64,000 nt of DNA from a virus: positions 1 to 64,000 of IMG/VR virus record IMGVR_UViG_3300037483_001148; one strand, 5' to 3'. A model generated the notes under the pieces. The model did no database searches and was not told where the DNA came from. It saw only the letters and a list, made by a program, of their open reading frames with translations. Shown piece by piece: positions 52,105 through 62,389 of this stretch (within the stretch, counting starts at the first letter, position 1; the number at the start of each line of letters is the position of its first letter). Made by a program: the position numbers and the translations under genes.

Positions 52105-52673
52105 TTATTTTATGCGGTTGTGGCTCAGTTGGATCAAAGATTGCTCTTGAGCTATCAAGTTTGGATAATGAGTGGATACTTATTGACGATGATGAAATTG
52201 AGCCTGAGAATGTTCCTGTCTCAGCATATCTCCATGACCAAATTGGTCAAACTAAAGTAATAGCTCTGGCTGAATTGCTATGGCGTAAAAATAGGGTAAT
52301 CGCCAAACCCTACTCAAAAACACTCAGCCGGAATGTTCACCAAATTTTTCCAGATGGATTGGTAATTGAAAGTTTTGACAATCCGGCAGCAAGGTTGCTT
52401 ACCATCAACCCATTTAAGCATGCAGACCATCCGGTAATTCACATCGGCGTAGATTTAGGTGAAGTAGGCTCAGTAGTTTGGGATGTTCATTACAGGTTGC
52501 CGGAGATTGATTTCAACCGAGGTAACAACCCCGTTTGCACGAGGCAAGCCGGGGCTAATATCATTAGGTTTACTGTTACCATAGCGGTTTATGCCATAAG
52601 TCAATACTTAAGCAATGTAGTTAAAAACAGTTATTTTATCAATAATGGAATGATAGTGAGGATGAACAAATGA
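52101..52673 (+). CDS. ThiF/E1-like adenylyltransferase
   Basis: GCGSVG, LIDDD.IE..N, IG..KV, FDN..AR, downstream PVC cysteine. Confidence 0.88.
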   Translation: MIILCGCGSVGSKIALELSSLDNEWILIDDDEIEPENVPVSAYLHDQIGQTKVIALAELLWRKNRVIAKPYSKTLSRNVHQIFPDGLVIESFDNPAARLLTINPFKHADHPVIHIGVDLGEVGSVVWDVHYRLPEIDFNRGNNPVCTRQAGANIIRFTVTIAVYAISQYLSNVVKNSYFINNGMIVRMNK

Positions 52674-54884
52674 ACCTGTTAAAAGAAACCAAAGCTGTCT
52701 GTCCAAAATGTGATAGTGAGAATATAGGGTATCTAACACAAATACCAGAAATTGATCGGAAATTCTCACAAAAGTGCAACAAATGTGGGAAAGGCTTTAA
52801 TGAAGCAGCTTATTACCCCCCGGCTGTTGATTTATCCGGCTGTATCACTGTAGGTGATATGATTGAAGCACTCAAACAGTTTGATCCGAACTTGCCCATT
52901 CTACACGCATATGAGGGTTGGGTTAGAGAAAATGAGTACATGTCTATAGATAATGTTGAGCTAACTAATCTATGGCATCAAAATACTGGTGGTGATCCTG
53001 AGTTTTACGGCCAAGCCGAGATTGTGCTGATAAAATGAAACTATTTCCTGGGTTAAAAATGATAGATCGTATCGCTATACATGAAGGTTGGCCGGAAGAA
53101 GAAGGTACAATCCTTGAAGTTGACGGAAGTAATGTCAAACTAGAGTATCCTGATGGGGTAGTTCGATGGAAAGCAGCTTTTAACCTGGATATATCACCCG
53201 ACAACCCACCCGAACTGTTGGAAAGAGCCAAGAATGAAAACAGCTAAATTTACCTACAAATGCCGAAGATGCGGCGCAACTACTGATTGACTTTTTACAG
53301 AATTGGAGGAATCAACATGAGTGATGAAGAAATCTACTATTTTGGATGTATGGACGTTCCCGGCCATTATCTATTTAGAGGTAAAATCCATCAAAATCCA
53401 CGCTATTTACCGGATGACTTTCCGGTATCTTTGAGGACGCTAGATGGTGGTCTTTTACCACCTATGCTGCCAAGAGTGGAGGGTAGAGCAGAGATAATCC
53501 ATTGTGAAGAGTGGACTATTCTCGCGTTTTGGGACAACTCTGTTGACAGCCGTTCAGGGGCAAACAGTAACTTCATAATTCGTGGATGGACTGTGTTTGA
53601 AAATGCGGTTGAAATAGCCAAAAAAGCTTACCCATATGTGTGGGAGAGATTTAAGTTTGAGGTATATAAACGTGAGTAACTTACGTCTTGTCCTGGTTTG
53701 TGCTAAAATAAAGGATATGTTGGGTAAAGAGGAATATGAAAAGCACTTCAGACCCCTGCTCGAATGTTCCAAAGAAGAAGCGGTTGCTATCTTGCTGGCT
53801 GATCTAAAATTGTCTCATGAACTTGAGGCAAAAACCAATCAGGAATTAGCCGATGAAATGGTTAAGGTGTGGGCGCAACTGCCGATAAACAGTCCAGTTG
53901 CTTTACTCGTTAGCGAAGTTATAGAAAGGTTGCAAAATGTTAAATCCTCTTAGTTTAGCTATAATTATAATTGCTGTAATGAACATTTCGTCTGTCATCT
54001 ATTTTAATAAGGCCAGTGTGAGTTTTTCAGTAGCTATTTTTGGGTGGCTTGTAGTTATCTTAAGCCAGGTAAATATACTTATGTTGAGGAATAAACATGG
54101 AAATAAAGATCACAATTAACCCCGATGAAGCCGGTCATCTGGCTAAATGGCTCAGGAAACGCTACGGTAAAAGCCGGAAGGTGACGTTAGGTGCTTTGTT
54201 GAAGCAAGCCGGATATGAAGCTGCCAGCAAAGAAATACTTGATTTTACAGAAAAAAATAAAATGAAAGAGGAATTGGCAAAAATAGCTGCCACATTTTCC
54301 AAGCCAAGTAGAGTATTACCTGAACGTTACAGTGATGCTATCGGCAAAAGGATTGAGCCGTGAACATAAAAACATCCCGTAATAATGAAATAAGGGTTAG
54401 TGTGGCCGAGGACTTTGAACTTATCATCACCGGCTATAATTTTTCTGATCGAGTTGTTTATCACATAAACTACCCCGATGGTGTTGCTATCAAAAAAGAG
54501 CAAAACCAGTTCACCTTTAGTCGTTCCAAAAAACGTCATGAGGATACCTGTCCAGAATGTAAAGGTATTGGTGGCACTCATCAAAAAGATTGTTCACTCA
54601 ATCCCTGTTGGGAATGTGGTGAAGTAGGTAAACACGCTAAAAGCTGCAATGTGCCTTATTTTCGGCAAGATCGAAATCTTCAAGAAAAATATGATGAGCT
54701 ACTTGTTTTAATTAAAGCACTACCAAAATACCCTTATAATGCACCTTTAGCCAATGATCTATTAAACAAGGCTATTAAACTATGGCAAGACGGTGGGGCT
54801 TCCCCCGTTGGACCATCAACCCCGGCCAGCCGCTTTTTCCAGGAATTTATGAACGAGTTCGGGAAGTTCCCACAACCCATGTAA
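52670..54884 (+). other. run of small hypothetical ORFs (52670, 53035, 53318, 53672, 53937, 54097, 54360 with Zn-knuckle-like motifs)
   Basis: Coupled ORFs; CPKC/CNKC and CPEC...H...C / CWEC...H...C motifs. Confidence 0.6.
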
Positions 54885-54902
54885 ATCAGGCCATTTTAGA
54901 TA

Positions 54903-54931
54903 TTGACTTAATGTTTGTTTCGTGTTATGCT
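54903..54931 (+). promoter_or_regulatory. sigma70-type promoter
   Basis: TTGACT-17-TATGCT with extended TG. Confidence 0.55.
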
Positions 54932-55026
54932 GTTATTGTACATGAGATTTCTCCCTCTAACTGTCCCCTGTGCAGGGATGCCTAAACGCATCCTAGCATG
55001 GGGGACACCTTTTTGCAGGAGGATTT

Positions 55027-55230
55027 ATGCAGACTGATCCATTGGCTACCAAACCGCTAAGACCTGACTGGTGTTTGAAAATGGCAGAGAAACTTTGGGG
55101 GAAGTTCGATATAGTCAATTTTTCCAGAGATGATCTTTATGTCAGTATTGAGGAAGTAGCTGATTTCATTTGGGAAACTCATCAGGAATTTTTACGCCAA
55201 GTCGCTCTTCGTGTGGGGGGCGTGGATTGA
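55027..55230 (+). CDS. hypothetical protein ending inside a CRISPR-like repeat
   Basis: GGAGG SD; its stop TGA lies within ATTGAAAC. Confidence 0.65.
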   Translation: MQTDPLATKPLRPDWCLKMAEKLWGKFDIVNFSRDDLYVSIEEVADFIWETHQEFLRQVALRVGGVD

Positions 55231-55233
55231 AAC
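55201..55233 (+). CRISPR. solitary type I-C-like CRISPR repeat
   Basis: GTCGCTCTTCGTGTGGGGGGCGTGGATTGAAAC: GTCGC start, hairpin, GCGTGGATTGAAAC end; no second copy seen. Confidence 0.75.
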
Positions 55234-55380
55234 GATTCCCGCCGAGGGTATAGAGTAGTACCCCTGAATGGTCTAGTACCAGTGTCTCGAAAGAGGCTTG
55301 CTTCCATATCGAATGGATATACTGTCTTAAGTGACAGGCTACTCAAGCCAGCCTAAAGGGGTTGAAGGGCTGGCTGACCG

Positions 55381-55593
55381 ATGAGAAGGAAGATGGAAAA
55401 CTTTACTTGCAACAAACTGGATTTATTTGATCTAACCCCGGCCCAAAAGAAGTTTGTAATGGCAGTTGGCCGAAAACAAGGTGTCAGACCCAAATACGCT
55501 GTAAGCTACATCAATGAAGCGTTGGCTCTACTTGAGTGGAAAATCAGGCTCAGAGCTATCATGGGAAAAGATGTCAAGATAGCTAACTCCTGA
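55381..55593 (+). CDS. hypothetical protein
   Basis: ORF with SD before ATG 55393. Confidence 0.5.
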   Translation: MRRKMENFTCNKLDLFDLTPAQKKFVMAVGRKQGVRPKYAVSYINEALALLEWKIRLRAIMGKDVKIANS

Positions 55594-55620
55594 CATGCTA
55601 CTGACAGTTTCCAAAAAGGC

Positions 55621-55650
55621 TTGACAATTGGAGGGAAAGTATGCTATAAT
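55621..55650 (+). promoter_or_regulatory. near-consensus promoter for the second RNA cluster
   Basis: TTGACA-18-TATAAT with TG extension. Confidence 0.8.
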
Positions 55651-55730
55651 AGGTTTACAATTTAATTTCCAGCCGATAGCTGGAAAGCCTAGCCAGAGGG
55701 CTTCAATCAATATAGGCCATGAGCAAAGCG

Positions 55731-55832
55731 TACCGCTTTTGTAGTCTGTCCCTTATTGCCCGAATCAAAGTCTCATGGTCTGATTCTGGCGAATCAAAGT
55801 AAGGGGCAAAGGGACAGACTAGAGAGGCGGTA
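55731..55832 (+). ncRNA. long hairpin RNA candidate
   Basis: TACCGC/GCGGTA, TAGTCTGTCCCTT/AAGGGACAGACTA and TTGCCC/GGGCAA stems; GAATCAAAGT occurs twice in the apex. Confidence 0.5.
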
Positions 55833-55839
55833 TTTTTAT

Positions 55840-55912
55840 TTTCTCATAGCTCAATGGTTAGAGCGCAATCCTGATAAGATTGAGGCCAATGGTTCAAATC
55901 CATTTGAGGAAA
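55840..55912 (+). tRNA. tRNA-Ile(GAT)
   Basis: TTTCTCA/TGAGGAA, GCTC/GAGC, CAATC-CTGATAA-GATTG, AATGG-TTCAAAT-CCATT. Confidence 0.9.
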
Positions 55913-55985
55913 TTAGCACCCAAAGCGTCTGGCTGAAAACAAGCAGCGCGTTGGAAGTAAGCCGGGTTAAGTGAGTAAGTGTGAA

Positions 55986-56082
55986 GAGCGAGTGGCAGAA
56001 GGGGTAAATGCACCATACAGTTCAGAGCAGTTATAGAACTGGCTGGTCATAAATTGTAGGGTTCGATTCCCTACCTCGCTCA
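55986..56082 (+). ncRNA. tRNA-like RNA with extended anticodon arm
   Basis: GAGCGAG/CTCGCTC acceptor, D arm, GTAGGG-TTCGATT-CCCTAC T arm; CCA-ta-CAGTTC-12 nt-GAACTG-gc-TGG replaces the anticodon arm. Confidence 0.7.
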
Positions 56083-56208
56083 TAGGTAGTTCTCCGCAAG
56101 GAATCATACGGTCAAGGCATTGTAATAGTCCATGATTAAGTTGCATGGTGAGCCAATGCGAAACGGGTAGCAGTAATTAACGAAGTGACCGTAGGCTACC
56201 GCTGCCTA
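56083..56208 (+). ncRNA. structured, possibly pseudoknotted RNA
   Basis: TAGGTAGT/GCTGCCTA, TACGGTCA/TGACCGTA, GCATTG/CAATGC, CCATG/CATGG, and crossing GGTAGC/GCTACC. Confidence 0.5.
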
Positions 56209-56308
56209 ATTTATAATTATGGTTAAGCCAGAAGTAATGGATGTAGTCTTGTGATAGGGAGTCTGGATATACCTATCGGGTACTGGCGCATCAACCTATG
56301 GGGTTAAA

Positions 56309-56479
56309 ATGAGCAGATCGTTCAAGAAAAACATATACCGAAAATCAAGACGATTTGATGTAAACTGCCGGTGTCACGGCGGTTGTCCCTGGTGCAAAAA
56401 CAACCGGCTCTATAATGACCGGAAAAACAGGGACGCTGCCGAGCAAGAGATTCAGCATTACAAAAAAGACAAACCCTGA
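56309..56479 (+). CDS. small basic Cys/His protein (56 aa, not in ORF track)
   Basis: MSRSFKKNIYRKSRRFDVNCRCHGGCPWCKNNRL... Confidence 0.75.
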   Translation: MSRSFKKNIYRKSRRFDVNCRCHGGCPWCKNNRLYNDRKNRDAAEQEIQHYKKDKP

Positions 56480-56520
56480 CTAATTTCAAAGGAAATTGGC
56501 CGGGGTTTGTCTTTTTGTTT
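56462..56520 (+). terminator. long terminator hairpin
   Basis: AAAAAGACAAACCCTGACTAATTTC-aaag-GAAATTGGCCGGGGTTTGTCTTTTT. Confidence 0.75.
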
Positions 56521-56582
56521 AGTCATTACTCTACCAGTTGAATCTAAACAAAAAGCAACAAAGTCCCTAGTATAGCATTAAA

Positions 56583-56798
56583 TCTGCCTTCACCCCAACC
56601 AATCATTAGGGAGATTGAGTGGGTAAATTATCCGTAACTAACGAGAGTTAGCGTAGTCAACCGTCACGATTCACCGATAGGCCGGAGGGATGGGCACTTG
56701 TCTTGAGCCTGGTGAGGGGAGTTGTAAACAAACTACCGGAAGGTAGCAGGATTGCATAGTGGCCGGAGTCCTGTTGAGTTTACAAGCCTGATGGCAGA
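56583..56798 (+). ncRNA. multi-stem ncRNA candidate (~215 nt)
   Basis: TCTGCC/GGCAGA closing stem; GNRA hairpins CTAAC-GAGA-GTTAG and CTACC-GGAA-GGTAG; TCACC..AGGC/GCCT-GGTGA; TTGTAAAC/GTTTACAA; CAGGATT/AGTCCTG. Confidence 0.6.
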
Positions 56799-57052
56799 CC
56801 TCTTTTCGATGAAAAAGTCGGGAGATTGGCGTCAGCCATGCCGTATTCCATCTGGATACCTTAATTTGAAACTCGTTTCTATTACACCATTGATTCTGAA
56901 AAATCGAAGATTTTTCACTGTGAGATTTTGAAAAAATCTCACAGTAGTCTCAATAAAAATCTGAAACTTTGAGTAAAACAAAAACAATAAGCTCCTTAAT
57001 CGAGCGTTAAAATATATTTATAATAAAAAGACAATTGCTTGATAGAGGGAAA

Positions 57053-57496
57053 ATGGGATTTTTTAGTGAACTATCTAATCCTTATACGGCTAAATCTTCT
57101 TCAATTTATACCCATCCTACTCAACAAGAACAACAGCAGCAAAGAGAATTAGAGATCGAGAAATGGAAAAAATCAAGAATTTTGCAAGAAAGAGTTGCTA
57201 AATTTAAGATAGGGTATATTTATTTTGTCTTAGATGTTAAAAGCAATCTTGTTAAAATAGGATTTACTCAAGACATTTGGAGACGATTTTCAGAAATAAA
57301 TCTGCACAACAAAAACGTTGTTTTATTGGGGTATACTACAGGCACGTTCAAGACAGAAAAAAGAATTCATAGGATGTTTAATAGTGCCAGAGTATATAGT
57401 GAATGGTTTAACTTTTCATCCACAATTAAATCATATATAGAACTATTTAGCTACAAAATTATAGTTAGAGATGAAGAAAAATCTCTGTACAGATAA
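57053..57496 (+). CDS. GIY-YIG (T5orf172/MUG113-like) protein
   Basis: GYIYFV.....VKIGFT.D..RR....EK.IH.MF...R...EWF. Confidence 0.85.
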   Translation: MGFFSELSNPYTAKSSSIYTHPTQQEQQQQRELEIEKWKKSRILQERVAKFKIGYIYFVLDVKSNLVKIGFTQDIWRRFSEINLHNKNVVLLGYTTGTFKTEKRIHRMFNSARVYSEWFNFSSTIKSYIELFSYKIIVRDEEKSLYR

Positions 57497-59411
57497 ACAA
57501 CTTAGATTCCTAATTAGTCTTAGGCTACAAAAAGGGGAAGTTAATTACAAACACGCAGTTAAACAAGCTGGTTTGAAGCTAGATGATATGGGGTTATATG
57601 ATGTTAAACAAGCCTCTTTGCTAATAGATTATCTAAAGTTCAAGCCTGATGAAAAAGTAGAATCTAAGAATGGGATTATTAGCAAAATCCAGAAAAATTT
57701 TAATAACAATGAAGTAAAAATACCCAAAGATACAAATCTTATTACTGAGATGGAAAAATCACTTAACCGGCTACTTGATAAAATCCATAAGGACCGACGA
57801 TGAAATGGCTCAACAAATTAGCTTGTTCCTGGGACTTAAAATCCCCTTATCGAAGTATCTGGATAACCGGCTACTTCCTTATAACATGGTATGGGTGTTG
57901 GGAAACCTTGAATTTTAGCTTTTACAAAAGCGGGGAATACGAATGAACAGAGAAGAGTATCTAAAGAACCTATCCATGATAAGTCGGCTAGAACTGGAAA
58001 TAGATAAAATAGATGAGATAATATTTAATGAGGCACTTCCTTTACTCAAAGAGTATTATCTATACATGGGATGGTTTAATGAAAAAATAGAACGCCAAAT
58101 GGAAAACGTCGATCTTACTGAGCGTAATCCAAACAACGTTTCCTTTTTTGGTTCTGAAAGTTGGCGGTATGGTGGGTATGATGATTGGTCATTTACCATG
58201 CCAGTAGAGTTTTTGGTTAATCCTGACTATCGGAATGAATTAAAACAAGCTTATTTTCTAAAACAAGAAAAAGAAAGAGTGAATAGAGAAGAAAGCGCAC
58301 AGAAAGCCAAAGAAGCAAAATTCAAGAAATATCTGGAACTGAAAGAAGAGTTTGAGGATAGTTAAAATGATTACAGCAAATCAAGTTAAAGAGGCCATGA
58401 TTAAAGCTAACATCACTGAAGTAGATGACCATAAGTGCCACTTCTGTGGGTATATGACCAAATTTAGTCGGCATGGTGAAGTGCTGTTATTTGACCCCGG
58501 CTGTAATTGTATAGATTATAAAAAGGGTTGGGAAGTTCGTTCATGGCAATCCATAGCGGATTGGATTAACATGCAGGATAATGAAGAGGCGAGAAATAAA
58601 ATTGCCGGGATGTTTGGGTTAGAGTTATGAATAAAAATAAAATTCTAACAGTATGTGGGATGTTACGATGAACCAATTAAACCCAACTTGTGTTATTCGC
58701 CGGGATGACCTGACCTTTATCCTGGCTGCCTTGATGTCCGCTCGGCCTGATCTACGTGAGGGCTTTTACCTGGTGAGCCAGGCTACTGGGGTGAGTGAGA
58801 TGTTGTCACTCACACAGTCAGTATTACTAGCCAGTTACGAAAGACGTGAAAAAGGCATTTGTGCTAAGTGTGAGAAAACCCATGCAACGAAAGTTTTACC
58901 TGGATAATGAAACAGCTATAACTGTAGGACGGATGGCAGGGGTAGTTCTTGTAATATCAACCCTGTTTTATCTGCTATGGTGGACAACTATCCGGTTTGA
59001 TAGAATAGAATCTATGGTTATTCGTTCTAAAGATTGGTCGAGAGAAGTGAAGGAATTAGAAGATTATCAAACATGGGAATGTACAACTCGACATCGCCAA
59101 ACATGTACCGGCATAGGGGACAACCGTCAATGCAAAGATGATTCCTATCAAGATTGTGGGTGGGAAACTCATACTCGTTTAATCAATCGCTGGACTTCAG
59201 CCGGTATTTATCCCCAATCACCTTATTGGCCTTCTTATTCAATTGAGTTAGGCCATTATGAGCGTAAATGGGAAGTCTATACCATCCGTTTTTCGGATGA
59301 TCGTAAGTTATATAACTTTCATCCAGGCAATGAAAATGACTACAATAATTATCTCCCCCGCCAGAAATGTACGGTTGGACTAAACTGGTGGGGTTTTGTA
59401 CTTAAGGTAGC

Positions 59412-59705
59412 ATGTCCAATTTCATAGAAGAAAGACCGTATGAGCCACTAGACATGACAACGGCTCTATGGCTTGAGATACCGACTTCTGTTGTACAGAT
59501 AGACACACTTATCTTCTGTCAAAACCATTTGACTGTAGAAGGTTTGCTAAAGGCAGCTAAAGGTGAGGCAAGCTACTGTGGTGACACTTACCCTCATTTG
59601 GTAAGATTTAAGGGAAAGATATACATTGTAGATGGGCATCATCGGATCGTAGTTGCTGTAGTACGTGGGCAAAGCATAATTGAAGCCCGACTATTAGAGA
59701 GGTAA
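59412..59705 (+). CDS. ParB/Srx-like N-terminal domain protein
   Basis: YPHLVRF.G.IYIVDGHHR. Confidence 0.7.
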   Translation: MSNFIEERPYEPLDMTTALWLEIPTSVVQIDTLIFCQNHLTVEGLLKAAKGEASYCGDTYPHLVRFKGKIYIVDGHHRIVVAVVRGQSIIEARLLER

Positions 59706-60358
59706 AAGTGACTCAAGAAGAACAACTCAAGTTTGTGAACAAACTTATTGACAGAATTAAGGCTGAAATCTCTAAAAGTCCAGAATCAGACTTTTTCTAC
59801 CATCTACTCTGGTGGCTTAAACAGTGTTGGCGACACAAACCTCGCCGTACAAAGTGTGGGGTTTGTGATAAAATAATATGGACTCATGGTGAGCCAATGC
59901 TAACTGTGTGTTCAACAAAATGCGGTGACAAATTAGTTTTAGAAAGGATTTAGAAATGTTAGACAAAAAAGAATTAAAACAAAAAGTGCTGAATGGGTCG
60001 GTAGTTGGTGAGGTTGTAGTTCGTAAACCTTATGTCTGTGTAGAGGTTTCCTATGACTTCAACGGAGCAACCATCGTTGGCTACGGTTTCTCCAAATGGA
60101 ACACAATGGATATGGGCATGGTTGCCAGAGCCAGCAAAATGGTTGATCGTTTGGACGGTAATGATAAGGATGATAATTACATGATGGCATCTGAGCTATT
60201 GGGTGCTGCCAAACGTATGCTTGAGAAACTTGATTGGTCTGAGCAGCGTGGTATTGAAATTGCAACAGGTCGTGCCAAAATGGATGTGGTTAAGCAGATT
60301 GTTGAACTAGACGAATTAAAGATTACCCATAAGAATTTGGGCAAAAGGTTAAAAATCC

Positions 60359-60595
60359 ATGACCTACAAAGTAGTAGCTCTTAAAGTAAAACTGGATGAA
60401 ATGCCCAGGATGTTCAAAGTGCTTCGGGAAGCACATGGGTTTGCAGTTCATCAGTTGGCTTTTAAGCTAGGCAAACGGCCTAATACCATTTACAGTTATG
60501 AGCGTGGGGATCGGAAAATCCCCACCGAAATAATTGAAAAGATGGCCGAACTGTATAACTTGGAAGTGTGTTATCAACTCAGGAGAAAAAAATGA
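60359..60595 (+). CDS. XRE-family HTH regulator
   Basis: LRE.HG....LA.KLG....TI.SYERG.R.IP. Confidence 0.85.
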   Translation: MTYKVVALKVKLDEMPRMFKVLREAHGFAVHQLAFKLGKRPNTIYSYERGDRKIPTEIIEKMAELYNLEVCYQLRRKK

Positions 60596-62389
60596 TAATC
60601 TATGTACCCGATTTTGCATGGAACACACCATCTTTGGCAAAACTAGAAGTTAGCGAAACACCTCGAAAATTTAAGTATGGGCAAATGGAAATACTTTTTG
60701 GAACTAATTTTCTTTATGGAACAGTATTAGATAAGTCCAGACCTCATTTTTCAACTCAAAAAGAAGCCTACAGTTGGCTAGTTAACAGATGTAATGAGTC
60801 GATTATGTCACATAGAAAAGCCATTGCTTTATTAGAAGCCGCTGTTTTAGAGATGGAGAATAGGGAAAATGCAGGATGAATTAGTAAAACTTATTGCCGA
60901 CTTTCTGGTAGAAAAGAAGGAATCAAATGGTGGTTACGCTCCGGTTGAAACTGAGGAAGTCCATACACTTAATGTAATAATTACCAGACTACTTGAAGCC
61001 AAATACGAGCGTGATCCAGACGGTGCTTTGCCGATTGACTGGGTGTTAGTAGACCGGACCAGAGAATATCACCCGTTTTTACATTATTCATCTATGCGTT
61101 ATGCACATAACCTGAAAACGTTAGGAGAGTTTATATATCAATTGAGAGATGCTGAAAAGAACCTGGCGATGGCTCAAAACGAAATGTCCACTCTTGTTAA
61201 TTATATGGGAGTTCTGATACACCAAACAAGTGAGCTAAAAGAACTTACAGTTAATAAGCAACATGACTAACATAAAACATTTTCCACCTATCAGAAAAAA
61301 GCGCCTTCATGCCGATACTTCCTTTGTGCAGAAAGCCAATGAAGTTTTTAATTGTATCGAAAACATTAACAAGCTTCATGCTGAACACAAATTCTGTGAC
61401 AAATGGGGCAACGAAATCAAAGTAGGTGACAGAGTGAAGTGGACTCTTAGTCCTTATCCTATAGGTACAATCAACCGGCTTGATAGGGATTACATTTACA
61501 CTGAGTATGGCCGGTGGCATTGGAGCAGGGTAGAGGTTGTGGAATGAACGGCTGGCTATCACCAAGAGCAAGGTTCTTTCCCTGTAAGGTAGGTGAGCAT
61601 GGAGATGAAATTAAAAAGCTCCCTACCAAGCCGGGGCAAACTTGGGTGGCTATTCATCCACAGGGAGCTTTTTCCGAAAGACCATTAACCAGGATGCAAA
61701 TAAAATGGTTACAAAAGTCCCTGACTGTTATTAGAGATTTTCAATACAAAGAACTGGTGGAGTGGTTACTTGAAAAACAAGAGGAGCTTAGAAATGTGGG
61801 TAATGATAATTAAAAACCTGCCAATTCAAAATCCGCCGCCACGTTATAGTATCTTCTGGTCAATACCCTGGCCTTCTGAGGATGCGATGATACTTAATAG
61901 CCTGGAATTTGTTAAAAGCGAAATGAACCAAGACGATGAATTTCCACCAGCCGGTTTTTCCAGAAAACGAAAAAGACGTGAGTTTGACCCGACCATTAAG
62001 CAAACTGATCATGCTATTTATTCTTCAAATGATACTGTGTTTGGTTGTGCTACCCCTAACTGGTTTGGAGCAAGAGCTATTATGTATGGTGGGGAAAAGA
62101 TTCGAGTTTTTCCTCATGAATTTGCAGTTCAGCCACCTGAGCAAATGAATTACTTCATCAATCAAGAAGAAGCTTTTAATCTTGTACCAGATAATGTAGC
62201 TGAGGAAAGAAGTGTAAATGCTATCCTTGATGGGGAGTTAAAACCTATCTATGAGGCAGCTTTACTTGAGGGAGCAAATCATAATCAGGCATTACTTGTT
62301 GCCCTTGAAAAAGATATTACTATACCGGATGCTGATTTCCCACCGATTGGCTATTACCTGTTGAAAGAAGAGTGGAGAGAATACTTACC

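Noticed and set aside
53234-53290. Short MKTAKFTYKCRRCGATTD-TGA ORF as a second readthrough case
   Set aside because: The frame closes again after nine codons and no SECIS-like hairpin follows; more likely a truncated remnant
55201-55400. CRISPR array
   Set aside because: Only one repeat; no second copy at spacer distance and no cas genes in the window
55756-55974. 72-aa ORF
   Set aside because: Overlaps tRNA-Ile and a long hairpin; TTG start without SD
55986-56082. tRNA-Sec
   Set aside because: The 13-bp acceptor+T stack is suggestive, but there is no UCA in a loop, no long variable arm and no 8/5 fold
55913-56208. Theta (HDV-like) or hammerhead ribozymes after the tRNAs
   Set aside because: Stem order does not fit the HDV nested double pseudoknot, and there is no CUGANGA core ahead of the GAAAC
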